From: an uncultured Oscillospiraceae bacterium
GTDB lineage: Bacteria; Bacillota; Clostridia; Christensenellales; CAG-138
Direction: 5' to 3'
Assembly: GCA_964642795.1 (NCBI GenBank)
Contig: CAZXRQ010000001.1
Span: 3,288-67,287, forward strand
DNA: 64,000 bases
The notes beneath the pieces were generated by a model. The model was not told the DNA's origin and did not search any database. It saw only the letters and a list, made by a program, of their open reading frames with translations. Positions 9,650 to 19,646 of the stretch are shown one piece after another; positions within the stretch are counted from its first letter, which is position 1; each line of letters opens with the position of its first letter. Position numbers and translations under genes: made by a program.

Positions 9650-11030
9650 TATGTCGCTTGCCAAAAACGTAATGCCGGCACAGGAGCCGGATGTAAGAAA
9701 CAAGAACTTCTCCGAGGTGGCGTTAGGCTATTCGGAGGAGCAGGCGCTGGACGAGGCGGAGCGCTGCCTCAACTGCAAGAACAAGCCCTGTATATCGGGC
9801 TGCCCGGTAGGCATAGATATCCCCGCATTTATCGCCAAAATACGCGAGCACGATTTTGAGGGCGCGTATCAGGTCATAGCGAAGGACAGCAGCCTTCCGG
9901 CAGTGTGCGGCCGCGTATGCCCACAGGAGAGCCAGTGCGAGTGCAAGTGCGTTCGCGGCATTAAGGGCGAACCTGTCGGCATAGGACGTCTTGAGCGCTT
10001 TGTGGCGGACTGGCATGCGGCACATACCGACGGCAGCGTGGAGCTTCCCCAAAAGAACGGCCATCGCGTCGCGGTGATAGGCTCCGGCCCGTCCGGACTT
10101 ACCTGCGCAGGCGAGCTTGCCCGCCGCGGCTACGATGTGACCGTGTTCGAGGCGCTGCATGTTGCAGGCGGCGTGCTTATGTACGGCATTCCTGAGTTTC
10201 GTCTGCCCAAGGCGATAGTGCAGGCCGAGGTGGAGACCCTGCGCAAGCTGGGCGTTACCATAAACACCAACATGGTCATCGGCAAGACCGAATCCGTGGA
10301 CGAGCTGTTCCACGACGGCTTCGAGGCTGTGTTTATTGGCAGCGGCGCGGGCCTTCCCAGCTTTATGAAGATACCCGGTGAAAACCTCAACGCCGTTTAT
10401 TCCGCAAACGAGTTCCTCACCCGCGTAAACCTTATGAAGGCTTACCGTGAGGGCTCTGCAACGCCAATAAAAAAGAACGACCGCGTGGCGGTGGTTGGCG
10501 GCGGCAATGTGGCTATGGATGCGGCGCGCTGCGCAAAACGCCTTGGCGCAAAGGAAGTATACATAGTATACCGCCGCAGTGAAGCGGAGCTTCCTGCCCG
10601 TCATGAGGAGGTTGAGCACGCGGAGGAGGAGGGCATTATATTCAAGTTCCTCACCAACCCCGTTGAGATACTCGGCGACGAGAACCGCTACGTATCCGGC
10701 ATCAAGTGCGTGGAGATGGAGCTTGGCGAGCCCGATGCGTCCGGTCGCCGCAGACCGGTTACAAAGCCAGGCAGCGAGTTCGTCATCGACGTGGACTGCG
10801 TCGTAATGAGCATAGGCACCTCGCCCAACCCGCTTATCAAGAGTACCACAGAGGGCCTCGATACCCAGAAATGGGGTGGTATAATCGCGGATGAGGAGAC
10901 CGGACTTACCTCCCGCGAGGGTGTGTACGCAGGCGGCGACGCTGTAACCGGCGCTGCTACCGTTATACTCGCAATGGGCGCCGGCAAGACTGCTGCCGCC
11001 GCTATCGACGACTATATCAAAAATAAATAA
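9642..11030 (+). CDS. nfnB: NfnB / glutamate synthase small-subunit-like NADPH oxidoreductase
   Basis: N-terminal Fe-S motifs CLNCKNKPCISGCPV and CGRVCPQESQCE. Dinucleotide folds VAVIGSGPSGLTCAGELARRG and VAVVGGGNVAMDAAR. Confidence 0.9.
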   Translation: MPNMSLAKNVMPAQEPDVRNKNFSEVALGYSEEQALDEAERCLNCKNKPCISGCPVGIDIPAFIAKIREHDFEGAYQVIAKDSSLPAVCGRVCPQESQCECKCVRGIKGEPVGIGRLERFVADWHAAHTDGSVELPQKNGHRVAVIGSGPSGLTCAGELARRGYDVTVFEALHVAGGVLMYGIPEFRLPKAIVQAEVETLRKLGVTINTNMVIGKTESVDELFHDGFEAVFIGSGAGLPSFMKIPGENLNAVYSANEFLTRVNLMKAYREGSATPIKKNDRVAVVGGGNVAMDAARCAKRLGAKEVYIVYRRSEAELPARHEEVEHAEEEGIIFKFLTNPVEILGDENRYVSGIKCVEMELGEPDASGRRRPVTKPGSEFVIDVDCVVMSIGTSPNPLIKSTTEGLDTQKWGGIIADEETGLTSREGVYAGGDAVTGAATVILAMGAGKTAAAAIDDYIKNK

Positions 11031-11045
11031 GCACATATTTTGGGC

Positions 11046-11077
11046 GGCGCTCATATGCTGAGCGCCGTTCCTTTATT
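11046..11077 (+). terminator. Intrinsic terminator after nfnB
   Basis: Stem GGCGCTCA (11046-11053) pairs with TGAGCGCC (11059-11066) around a 5-nt loop, followed by GTTCCTTTATT. Confidence 0.7.
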
Positions 11078-11223
11078 GAAAAGGGGGAAGTATTATCAGC
11101 CCCGCATTGTACATCTGCATTTTCATGCCGCTGATACTGGCGCTGCTTACAGAGCATAACGAAAAACAACAGCGGATCAAACAGTTAGTCAAACGAAAGA
11201 CCTCAAAAGGAGCGCAGCATAAT

Positions 11224-11439
11224 ATGACCGAGGAAACCATCAAGAGCTTTTTAGGCAAGGAATGCCTTATATATATGCTGAACAATCAGATGACCGGCAC
11301 CATTGAATCACTCAGCGACAACTGGCTGTCCGTACGTGTGGGCGACGCCGTGGATATAGTAAACGTGGAATATATAAGCCGCATACGCGAGTACCCGCGC
11401 ACCAGGTCAGGTAAAAAACGTTCAATAATTGCCGATTAG
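11224..11439 (+). CDS. Small hypothetical protein (71 aa)
   Basis: AAAGGAG RBS about 11 nt upstream of ATG 11224. No recognisable motif. Confidence 0.45.
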   Translation: MTEETIKSFLGKECLIYMLNNQMTGTIESLSDNWLSVRVGDAVDIVNVEYISRIREYPRTRSGKKRSIIAD

Positions 11440-11479
11440 GGCATACATAGCCACAAATAATGAGGGGAGCAGATCATTA

Positions 11480-12766
11480 ATGGAAGCAAAATCCCGACGC
11501 CATACCATGTTCACAAAGCCGGAAAAGGGTTGGATAATGTATGACTGGGCCAATTCCGCATATTCTATTTTTATCGCGGTTGTATTGCCGCTGTTCGCTG
11601 CCAGCCTTGCGGCGGAGGCGGGGGTGGATACCGTTACACACACTGCAAACTGGGGCATTGCAAGCTCGATAGCCTGTGCGATAGTTGCCGTGTGCGCGCC
11701 GATACTTGGCGCAATGGCGGATTACAAGGGGTTAAGGAAGCGCTTTTTTATTGCGTTTTTCATAATAGGCGTGCTGTCTACCGGCATAATCCCCGTAGTA
11801 AACAACTATATGGCCATACTTATAATATACGGCGTGACCAACTTTGGCTTTGCGGGCGCAAATGTGTTCTATGATGCTTTTTTGATCGACGTTACCACGG
11901 TGAACCGTATGGATAAGGTGAGCACGTGGGCGTTTGGCATGGGATATATCGGCGGCAGTACGATACCGTTCCTCGTGACCATAGCCATGTCCACATTCGG
12001 CCATCTTATCGGAATAACCGGTGCTATGACGATGCAGATTTCCGCACTGATTACTGCGGTGTGGTGGGCTGTGTTCACAATACCGTTCCTTAGAAACTGC
12101 AAGCAGCTTACCTCCATTCAGCCGGAGCGCGGGATAATTTCCAGCAGCTTCAAGCAGCTGGGGAATACGCTTAAGCACATCAAAAAGCACAAGTTCCTGT
12201 TCCTGTTTTTGATTGGCTACTTCTTCTACATCGACGGCGTAGGCACAATAATCAAAATGGCAACCACATACGGCTCAGCTCTGGGTATTGACGATACCGC
12301 GCTGATGATAGGCTTGCTTATAACGCAGGTAGTGGCGTTCCCTTGCGCGATACTATACGGTAACCTCGCTGCAAAATACTCCGCCAAGCGTATGATACTC
12401 GTGGGTATATGCACCTATTTCGGCGTGTGTTTGGTAGGGTATTTTATGTGCAAGGCATGGCATTTTTATCTGCTTGCGGCGCTGGTGGGTACGGCACAGG
12501 GCGGTATACAGGCGCTTTCGCGCAGCTACTTTGGCAAGCTTATCCCCGATAAGACGCGCGCAGGCGAATTCTTCGGGTTCTATAACATATTCTCCAAATT
12601 TGAGTCCGTGCTGGGCACGGCGCTTATGGCGCTTATCGTGAGCCTTACCGGCAATGTCAACGCAGGCGTGCTCAGCGTGCTTGCCATGTTTATTATAGGT
12701 GGCGCGATAACACTGCGCGTACCTGACGATAAGGGCATGGCAGCGGCGGAGGATACTGCGACATAA
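11480..12766 (+). CDS. MFS transporter (UMF1/Atg22-like family)
   Basis: About 12 TM helices. N-terminal [14 protein letters not shown] is typical of the UMF1 family. GAGGGGAG RBS lies 10 nt before ATG 11480. The track start at 11429 is a TTG overlapping the previous ORF. Confidence 0.8.
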   Translation: MEAKSRRHTMFTKPEKGWIMYDWANSAYSIFIAVVLPLFAASLAAEAGVDTVTHTANWGIASSIACAIVAVCAPILGAMADYKGLRKRFFIAFFIIGVLSTGIIPVVNNYMAILIIYGVTNFGFAGANVFYDAFLIDVTTVNRMDKVSTWAFGMGYIGGSTIPFLVTIAMSTFGHLIGITGAMTMQISALITAVWWAVFTIPFLRNCKQLTSIQPERGIISSSFKQLGNTLKHIKKHKFLFLFLIGYFFYIDGVGTIIKMATTYGSALGIDDTALMIGLLITQVVAFPCAILYGNLAAKYSAKRMILVGICTYFGVCLVGYFMCKAWHFYLLAALVGTAQGGIQALSRSYFGKLIPDKTRAGEFFGFYNIFSKFESVLGTALMALIVSLTGNVNAGVLSVLAMFIIGGAITLRVPDDKGMAAAEDTAT

Positions 12767-12857
12767 CCTGCCGCAAATAAGACGTCTGCTTTTTGCACAC
12801 CTTTTGTCTGGCGTACATACCTTGAGGTATAAAGCTAAGCAAGAGGTGTGTGCTGAT

Positions 12858-13664
12858 ATGAGAATACTTCAACGCGGCGATACGGGCAACGACGTAAAGC
12901 AGGTTCAGACGGCGCTGATTCGCGCGGGTTATGACCCGGGCGCAGTGGACGGCATATTCGGAGTAAAAACTGAGAATGCGGTAAAACGGTTCCAGCGCGT
13001 GCTGGGGCTGAAGGTGGACGGCATAGTCGGCCCTAACACATGGGCCTATCTTGAGCCGTTCTATTTGGAGACGGATCCATACGTGCTGCGCAGAGGCAGC
13101 AAGGGGGATAAGGTGCTGGCACTGCAGAAGGCGCTGGACGAGGCGGGCAACGACCCCGGCGATCTGGACGGCTTGTTTTGCACCAAAACGCTTGCGGCGG
13201 TAAAGGCATTCCAGCTGAAAAGCGGGCTTACGGACACGGGCGTGGTGGACGACAGCACATGGCTTGCGCTGTTGCCGTATCTGGATACCGACGGCGTACT
13301 GCTCAGACGCGGCGATTCGGGCGTATACGTATACGTGCTGCAGCTCGCGCTCAAGAGCTTGGGCTACGACCCCGGCAATACCGGCGGAGTATTTGATGTT
13401 AAGACGGAAAGCGCTGTAAAGCTGTTCCAAAGTGACAATGATCTGCGTGTGGACGGCATAGTAGGGCCCAAGACATGGGCGGTGTTGAAAAACGGTATGC
13501 CTGTGGAGGTGATACTCTATACGGTAAAGCGCGGTGATACGCTAAGCTCAATTGCCAAGAAGTACAACACTACCGTCGCAGAGCTGCTGGAGCTGAATCC
13601 CCGGCGCGACCCAAACCGCATATATGTCGGTGAGGTATTGAAGATACCGGTAACCGGCTCCTGA
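12858..13664 (+). CDS. Peptidoglycan-binding protein: three PG_binding_1 repeats plus C-terminal LysM, no catalytic domain seen
   Basis: Three repeats of the pattern L(Q/R)RGxxGxxVxxLQxAL...DGxFGxKTxxAVKxFQ...DGIVGPxTW. LysM segment [27 protein letters not shown]. Confidence 0.8.
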   Translation: MRILQRGDTGNDVKQVQTALIRAGYDPGAVDGIFGVKTENAVKRFQRVLGLKVDGIVGPNTWAYLEPFYLETDPYVLRRGSKGDKVLALQKALDEAGNDPGDLDGLFCTKTLAAVKAFQLKSGLTDTGVVDDSTWLALLPYLDTDGVLLRRGDSGVYVYVLQLALKSLGYDPGNTGGVFDVKTESAVKLFQSDNDLRVDGIVGPKTWAVLKNGMPVEVILYTVKRGDTLSSIAKKYNTTVAELLELNPRRDPNRIYVGEVLKIPVTGS

Positions 13665-13684
13665 TTAAACAGGCAAGGTCAAAA

Positions 13685-13715
13685 ATGCCCGCAAGCGTAT
13701 TGCGGGCATTTGCAT
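13685..13715. terminator. Bidirectional intrinsic terminator between convergent genes
   Basis: Stem ATGCCCGCAA (13685-13694) pairs with TTGCGGGCAT (13700-13709), flanked by AAAA upstream and TTTGCAT downstream. Confidence 0.65.
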
Positions 13716-13750
13716 ATTCGCGCCTATTCTTCATCTGCCCAGCGGGCGAG

Positions 13751-14443
13751 TTAGGCGTTAACGGAGCGGGTCATTTCAGCTATGAACGGCTGCGACCACT
13801 TGCGACGGTATATTGCGGAGGCCGCGCTTGTCATATCCTCTCCGCGCGAGGTGAAAAACCCTTCAACGTCCCTGTTGTCGGGATATGAGTTTTGAAATAC
13901 GACATACTGCGCACCGGGTCGGGGCGGTTTCGGTCTTGCTTTTTGCTGCTCCGTAGGGTAGCCAAGGCAAAGCATACATACCGGCATAGCGTAGCGAGGC
14001 AGATTGAGCAGCTGCGTGTGAGCTTCGCAGTTTTCTATTATGTCCCCTATGTAGCAGGAGCCTATGCCCAGCGATTCCGCTGCGACTACGGCGTTCTGCG
14101 CGGCTATTACAGCGTCGCAGCAGGCAAGTAGCATGTCGCCGCAGCCGGGCTTACGCACGTTGCCGCAGCAGCGGGAGAGCGCATCGTACCAGCGCTGGTA
14201 GTCCGCGACGAATATCAGCACGGCGGGCGCATCCTTGATGAACGGCTGCTCGTCGCAGGTGTGGGAAAGCGTTTCTTTTACCGCCGGGTTGGTCACGTCA
14301 ATTATGGTGTAGAGGCACATATTGCCCGCCGTGGGCGCGTTGAGTGCGGCGGCGATTATCGTGCTTTTTGCTTCGTCAGGCAGCGGCCGGCCGTCGTATA
14401 CGCGCACGGATCTGCGCTGCATAAGTTCATCGATAGTTGACAT
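13751..14443 (-). CDS. Nitroreductase family protein
   Basis: N-terminal MQRRSVRVY (RRSxRxY/F motif). The motifs APTAGN and GSCYIG are typical of FMN nitroreductases. Confidence 0.8.
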   Translation of the reverse strand: MSTIDELMQRRSVRVYDGRPLPDEAKSTIIAAALNAPTAGNMCLYTIIDVTNPAVKETLSHTCDEQPFIKDAPAVLIFVADYQRWYDALSRCCGNVRKPGCGDMLLACCDAVIAAQNAVVAAESLGIGSCYIGDIIENCEAHTQLLNLPRYAMPVCMLCLGYPTEQQKARPKPPRPGAQYVVFQNSYPDNRDVEGFFTSRGEDMTSAASAIYRRKWSQPFIAEMTRSVNA

Positions 14444-14542
14444 GGATTCCTCCGTTTTTTGTTGATTTGATGGGCTTTGAACGATATAATCAGATTATAG
14501 CGTTCATTTCGCAAAATCAATAATAATATACGGGAGGCTTAC

Positions 14543-16006
14543 ATGGCAAATCTAAAAAAGCTGACTCTGCTGCACTCTAACGATATGCACGGCGATTTCT
14601 TGGCTGAAAAGGTAGACGAAAACCTGCTTGGCGGCGTATCAATGCTGTCCGGCTATGTGAATAAGGTACGAAATGAGGAACCGAACACCGTATACGCCAT
14701 ATCGGGCGATATGTTTCGCGGCTCGGTGATTGATTCGGAATTCAAGGGCCTTTCCACAATAGAAATAATGAACATGCTGGGGCCGGATGTTGTGACCATA
14801 GGCAATCACGAGGTGGACTATGGCGTGGCCCATCTGCTTTTTATAGAAAAATGTGCACGCTTCCCTATAATCAACGCTAATTTCTTCGTGCGTATAAACC
14901 ACACACGGCTGTTTAAGCCCTGCCAGCTTATTGAGATCGGCGGTATGAAGATACTGTTTATTGGCGTTATAACCCAGGAGGTGCTGAGCCAGACCAAGCA
15001 GGACGCGCTAATCGGTTCATTTGTTGATGTGTTTGAGGCGGCACAGGAGGTGGGGCGTATATGCAATGCGCATAACGCGCTGGATATCGACTTCACGGTA
15101 CTGCTTACGCACATAGGCTTCGAGGAGGACAAGCGGCTTGCCGCCATGCTGGATCCGGCATGGGGCGTGGATGTGATAATCGGAGGTCATTCTCACACGC
15201 TGCCGGATGAGCCCGCCGTGGTAAACGGCATTCCCATAGTGCAGGCGGGTACCGGTACGGATGCTATAGGGCGCTTTGACATAATGGTGGATACGGATAA
15301 GAATTGCATCGATTCGTATGAATGGCGTCTGGTGCCCATCACGCCGGCAAATTGCCCCCGCGATACAGAGCTGGAAAAGCTGATACAGGGCTACAAATCT
15401 CAGACGGACGATAAGTACGGCCGCCTAATAACCCGCTTTAAGCGGCAGCTAACGCATCCGGAGCGTACTCGCGAGACCGAGGTAGGCAACCTTTTTGCGG
15501 ATATTCTTAAGGAGAGCTTCGCAGTGGATGTGATGCTCGTGGGCAGCGGCAGTATGCGTGCGGAGACCATGGGCCCGATAGTGAGCTTTGGCGATCTAAC
15601 CGAAATGTATCCATATGACGACGCCATACACATGATAAAGCTGACCGGCGCGCAGTTCAAGCGAATGGTCAAGCACATATTGCGCGAGGACAACTTCAAC
15701 GGCCACGGCGAGTTCTATCAGTTCTCCAAAGGTGTGCACATACGCTATTCCAGAAAGACCGGAGAGCTTATAGAGCTTACTCTCAACGGAGAACCCATAG
15801 ACGACGAACGCCTGTACAGCGTTGGATTGCAGGATTTCCACTATGGCAGCATGGAGAAGTTCCTCAGCATAACGTTGGACGAGGTAAAGCAGAACGCCAA
15901 GCCGCGCGTGATATGCACCTCCTGCCGCGAAGTGCTGGAGGAGTACATGACGGAAAACCAGCACCTTTGCCGCGAGGTTGAGGGCAGGCTTGTGGTGGAG
16001 CAATAG
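14543..16006 (+). CDS. Bifunctional metallophosphatase / 5'-nucleotidase
   Basis: Calcineurin-like motifs LLHSNDMHGD, GDMFRGS, GNHEVDYG and GGHSHT. C-terminal 5'-nucleotidase substrate domain. Confidence 0.85.
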   Translation: MANLKKLTLLHSNDMHGDFLAEKVDENLLGGVSMLSGYVNKVRNEEPNTVYAISGDMFRGSVIDSEFKGLSTIEIMNMLGPDVVTIGNHEVDYGVAHLLFIEKCARFPIINANFFVRINHTRLFKPCQLIEIGGMKILFIGVITQEVLSQTKQDALIGSFVDVFEAAQEVGRICNAHNALDIDFTVLLTHIGFEEDKRLAAMLDPAWGVDVIIGGHSHTLPDEPAVVNGIPIVQAGTGTDAIGRFDIMVDTDKNCIDSYEWRLVPITPANCPRDTELEKLIQGYKSQTDDKYGRLITRFKRQLTHPERTRETEVGNLFADILKESFAVDVMLVGSGSMRAETMGPIVSFGDLTEMYPYDDAIHMIKLTGAQFKRMVKHILREDNFNGHGEFYQFSKGVHIRYSRKTGELIELTLNGEPIDDERLYSVGLQDFHYGSMEKFLSITLDEVKQNAKPRVICTSCREVLEEYMTENQHLCREVEGRLVVEQ

Positions 16007-16018
16007 AGGGGATACGAT

Positions 16019-17002
16019 ATGCTCGACGTTTCAAAGCTGGAGGCCCAAATCGCTGCAGAACATGATAATATATGCGAGCTTATCGCCATAAAGGACGAAA
16101 AAACGGCGATAGAAATGTACCGTCACGGTTATGTGCCGGGAGATGCTTTGAATGTGATGTCGGTCACCAAAAGCATAGTGTCATTGCTTATAGGCATAGC
16201 GATAGACCTTGGTTTTGTGGGGAGCGTCCAGGATAAGGTGCTGGACTATTTCCCCGATTACGTTACCAAACGCGGTGAAAAGACAATAGGTGATATAACG
16301 CTCCATCAGCTTTTAACTATGACGGCGCCGTATAAATACCGTAGCGAGCCGTGGACAAAGGTATGCACAAGCGACGACTGGACAAGAGCGGCGCTGGACA
16401 TTTTGGGCGGCAGAGCGGGCATTACGGGCGAGTTCAAGTATTCCACGCTCGGCATACAAATACTAACCGGCATAATCGCAGGCTCGAGCGATATGAGTGT
16501 TACGGAATTCGCAAATAAATACCTTTTCGGCCCGCTCGGCATTGCGCCACACAAAAACGCCGATGCGGATACCAAGGAGGATCAGCTCGAATTCCTCATG
16601 TCCAAAGCGCCGAAGGGGGATGTATGGTTTGCGGATCCACAGGGGGTGAATACAGCCGGCTGGGGGCTTGCGCTGGGCGCAAAGGATATGGCGAGCGTCG
16701 GCCGTATGTGCTTAGACCGTGGCGTATATAACGGGCGGCGCATACTGCCAGAAACCTGGATAGACAAAATGACCGTGCCGTATGTGCGGTGCGACGAGCG
16801 CTTTGCCAACATGTCGTACGGGTATTTATGGTGGATTATAGACGAAGCAAAGCCCGTGTACGCAGCCATAGGCGACGGCGGAAACGTTATATATGTGGAT
16901 ACTGCTACCGATACGGTAGTAGCGATCGCAGCAACGTTCAAGCCCCGTGTTTTCGACCGGATAGAGCTGATTACCGGGCAGATCGAACCTATGCTAAGCT
17001 GA
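16019..17002 (+). CDS. Serine hydrolase (beta-lactamase / PBP4-like family)
   Basis: Active-site SxxK motif SVTKS and overall class C beta-lactamase-like length. It starts 12 nt after the 5'-nucleotidase gene. Confidence 0.7.
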   Translation: MLDVSKLEAQIAAEHDNICELIAIKDEKTAIEMYRHGYVPGDALNVMSVTKSIVSLLIGIAIDLGFVGSVQDKVLDYFPDYVTKRGEKTIGDITLHQLLTMTAPYKYRSEPWTKVCTSDDWTRAALDILGGRAGITGEFKYSTLGIQILTGIIAGSSDMSVTEFANKYLFGPLGIAPHKNADADTKEDQLEFLMSKAPKGDVWFADPQGVNTAGWGLALGAKDMASVGRMCLDRGVYNGRRILPETWIDKMTVPYVRCDERFANMSYGYLWWIIDEAKPVYAAIGDGGNVIYVDTATDTVVAIAATFKPRVFDRIELITGQIEPMLS

Positions 17003-17025
17003 AAGTTATATGCAAAAACGGTATA

Positions 17026-17063
17026 AAACCACCGCCGACAGTACCTGCCGGCGGTGGTTTGTG
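17026..17063. terminator. Bidirectional intrinsic terminator between convergent genes
   Basis: 12-bp stem AAACCACCGCCG (17026-17037) pairs with CGGCGGTGGTTT (17049-17060). The stem includes A-run and T-run flanks. Confidence 0.75.
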
Positions 17064-17104
17064 TAAAGGGGAGAAACAATCGATCTCGCGCTTGGTATGG
17101 CCGG

Positions 17105-18010
17105 TTATTTTACATTTTCCGTGCCTTCGTTTTCGACCTTTCGCTTAAACAGCTTGGTAAAATCTATCTCAACTATGAGTATGGCTATCAGCAATAGAGC
17201 CATTCCGGCGTAGTTGCGGGGCAGCAGCACCTCGCCTGCGAACAGGTAGGCGACCAGTGCCGCTACAACCGGCTCCAGCGTCATGAGCACGCCCACGTTT
17301 TCCGCGGCGGTGTGCTGCTGTGCGATGGACTGGAATATGAAGGATAGTCCTGTACAGAACAGCGCGAGCACCAGTACAAAGACTATCGTACGCGGTTCCG
17401 TGGGCAGTTTCGGCGTTTCCAGCAAGAAGGCCAGGATTATATTAAGCACGCCTGCTGCGCCAAGCTGGAAAACGCCCAGCGTGTATGCGTCCACATCCTC
17501 GCGCTGCACAACATATGAGGTTATAAGTATGTGTACGGCATAGAGCATGGAGCACAGCAGGCAGAGCAGGTCCCCCAAAGCCGGTTTAAGCGCTTCGGTA
17601 AGCGTAAGCAGCGCTACTCCTACAAACGCCAGTATTATCACCAGCCATATCTTCTTTGCGGGGCGGCGCTTAAGAAATATCCACGCGAATATCGGCGTCA
17701 TAACGGAGGTGAGGCCACACAGGAAGCTGGCGTTGGACTGCGAGGTATACTGCAATCCGATGGTGCAGCTTGTGTATATTGCAACTAGCAGCGCGCCCAG
17801 CAGCACAGAGTATTTGAGCGTGGCGCGGCTGATAGAGGCGCATTTTTTAGGGGCAATAGCAAATGCCGTAACAAACGCAATGGTAAACCTTATGCCGTTA
17901 AGCGTGAACGGCTGTATGGTAAGCAGGCAATAATCCGTAAGGTAGTAGGAAATGCCCCAAAACAGTGCTACCATAAGCAGCATGATATCCGCCTTAAAAC
18001 GTTTGGACAT
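17105..18010 (-). CDS. EamA/DMT family transporter
   Basis: Ten TM helices with EamA repeats (LLMVALFWGISY...). GGAGG RBS lies 6 nt before ATG 18010. Confidence 0.8.
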   Translation of the reverse strand: MSKRFKADIMLLMVALFWGISYYLTDYCLLTIQPFTLNGIRFTIAFVTAFAIAPKKCASISRATLKYSVLLGALLVAIYTSCTIGLQYTSQSNASFLCGLTSVMTPIFAWIFLKRRPAKKIWLVIILAFVGVALLTLTEALKPALGDLLCLLCSMLYAVHILITSYVVQREDVDAYTLGVFQLGAAGVLNIILAFLLETPKLPTEPRTIVFVLVLALFCTGLSFIFQSIAQQHTAAENVGVLMTLEPVVAALVAYLFAGEVLLPRNYAGMALLLIAILIVEIDFTKLFKRKVENEGTENVK

Positions 18011-18156
18011 CCGATACCTCCGATGCAATCAGTCAGTATTTCCATTCTACAACAAATCGCGTTGTTTTGCCATATATAGTGCGCGGCCGCGGCATAAGAT
18101 GCGTTTTTCATGGAAATACTTTCAAAGAATAATGGATATGGGAGGTATAGACTCAT

Positions 18157-19194
18157 ATGCTGGAGCTTGGAATAAGCAAACTTTTTATGCAGGGCATGGC
18201 AATAGACCTGGGCACGGTAAACACCGTTATAGCAATAAAAGGCCGGGGAATAGTGCTAAAGGAGCCCAGCACGGTGGCAGTGGATTCGAATACCCGCGAA
18301 ATAGTCGCCGTAGGCCGGGAGGCTATGGCAATGCTTGGACGCACGCCGGGCGGAATAAATATAATGTACCCGATGAGAGACGGCGTGGTAGCGGACATCA
18401 CGCTTGCCGCGGCTATGCTCAGGCTTTATATGGAAAAGGCGCTGGGCAGAAAGCCGGGTGCGCTGGGAGTACAGCTTATGCTGTGCCTGCCCATGTGCGT
18501 AACGCCGGTGGAACGCAGGGCGCTTACGGAAGCCGCACACGGCGCGGGTGCGCGTGAGGTATTGGTGATGGACGAGCCGGTAGCGGCCGCATTGGGCGCG
18601 GGATTGGATGTATACGATTGCCGCGGCTGCATGGTGGCGGATATAGGCGGCGGCACGACGGACGCGGCGGTGCTGGCGTTTGGCGGTGTTGCTGCGCAAA
18701 ATTCCGTTAGGGTAGGCGGCACACATATAGATGCGGCGATAAGCGCATACGTGCTAAAGGAATACGACGTGATGATAGGCGAGCGCACTGCGGAGGACAT
18801 AAAGCTCGTACTTGGCAGCGCAATACTGGGTGGTATGGAGCGTATGCAGGTGCGCGGCCGGGAACGGGAGCGTGGGCTGCCGGTGAGCATAAATGTGTGC
18901 GCCAACGAGATAAACCGCGCCATAATGCAGCCCATCCGCAGTATACTCGACGCGATAACCGCTACGCTCAAGGCCACGCCGCCTGAGCTTGCGGGAGATA
19001 TACTTGCAAGCGGAATTACGCTTACCGGCGGCGGCGCGCTGATAAACGGCATGGACAAGCTTGTAAGCCGCGTGACCGGCATGGAGGTCTATATTGCGGA
19101 CTCCCCGCTGGATTGCGTTGCTGGCGGTGCGCTTATGGCGCTCAGGGACGAGGATATGATGGCCTTGGCGGCCGGCGAAACAGCAGGAGCATAA
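18157..19194 (+). CDS. mreB: MreB/Mbl actin-like rod-shape protein (orphan copy, no mreCD adjacent)
   Basis: Actin-fold motifs IDLGTVNTVIA, MDEPVAAALGAGL, VADIGGGTTD and ITLTGGGALINGMD. Confidence 0.85.
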   Translation: MLELGISKLFMQGMAIDLGTVNTVIAIKGRGIVLKEPSTVAVDSNTREIVAVGREAMAMLGRTPGGINIMYPMRDGVVADITLAAAMLRLYMEKALGRKPGALGVQLMLCLPMCVTPVERRALTEAAHGAGAREVLVMDEPVAAALGAGLDVYDCRGCMVADIGGGTTDAAVLAFGGVAAQNSVRVGGTHIDAAISAYVLKEYDVMIGERTAEDIKLVLGSAILGGMERMQVRGRERERGLPVSINVCANEINRAIMQPIRSILDAITATLKATPPELAGDILASGITLTGGGALINGMDKLVSRVTGMEVYIADSPLDCVAGGALMALRDEDMMALAAGETAGA

Positions 19195-19217
19195 TACCGG
19201 ACACACACTATACAAAG

Positions 19218-19248
19218 AAGCCCGCTTGAGTTGTCAAGCGGGCTTTTG
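19218..19248. terminator. Bidirectional terminator shared by mreB (+) and hup (-)
   Basis: 12-bp stem AAGCCCGCTTGA (19218-19229) pairs with TCAAGCGGGCTT (19234-19245) around a 4-nt loop, with T-run TTTTG after and AAA before. Confidence 0.85.
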
Positions 19249-19263
19249 AATATACGATGTCGA

Positions 19264-19536
19264 TCAGTTGATGGAGTCCTTAAGAGCTTTGCCGGCCTTG
19301 AAGGCGGGAGACTTGCTGGCCGCAATGTCGATTTCGGCGCCGGTAAGGGGGTTATGACCCTTGCGGGCGGGACGATCGCGCACTTCAAAGGTGCCGAAGC
19401 CAACCAGAGATACCTTTTCGCCGTCCTTGAGAGCGTCGGTTACGGCCTGAAAGGTAGCATTAACGGCTTTATCGGCATCCTTTTTGGACAGACCACTCTT
19501 TTCGGCAACTGCGGCTATCAATTCGGTTTTGTTCAT
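19264..19536 (-). CDS. hup: DNA-binding protein HU
   Basis: 90 aa. [27 protein letters not shown]...[26 protein letters not shown] is near-canonical HU. Confidence 0.95.
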   Translation of the reverse strand: MNKTELIAAVAEKSGLSKKDADKAVNATFQAVTDALKDGEKVSLVGFGTFEVRDRPARKGHNPLTGAEIDIAASKSPAFKAGKALKDSIN

Positions 19537-19582
19537 TGATTATGTCCTCCTAATGTATTTTAGCTCCAAGATTACGGTACTT

Positions 19583-19611
19583 ATTGTACCAGTCAAAGCG
19601 CCGTTGCACAA
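19583..19611 (-). promoter_or_regulatory. Candidate sigma-A promoter for hup (TTGTGC-17-TGgTACAAT)
   Basis: On the minus strand the -35 TTGTGC is at 19611-19606. A 17-nt spacer ends in TGg (extended -10), and the -10 TACAAT is at 19588-19583. Confidence 0.5.
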
Positions 19612-19646
19612 GTACTCTTGACGTTTTTTTGAAAAATATACTTAGT

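Noticed and set aside
9723-11054. 443-aa ORF antisense to nfnB. The same phenomenon appears at 31183-32403, 32828-34009, 12693-13430, 43287-43832, 58870-59748 and elsewhere.
   Set aside because: For the same reason, each is the mirror of a strongly supported gene, has a skewed composition, and lacks any recognisable domain.
18157-19194. Orphan mreB without mreC/mreD, considered as something unusual.
   Set aside because: Multiple MreB paralogues (Mbl/MreBH-like) scattered away from mreCD are normal in Firmicutes. The sequence carries all the standard actin-fold motifs.
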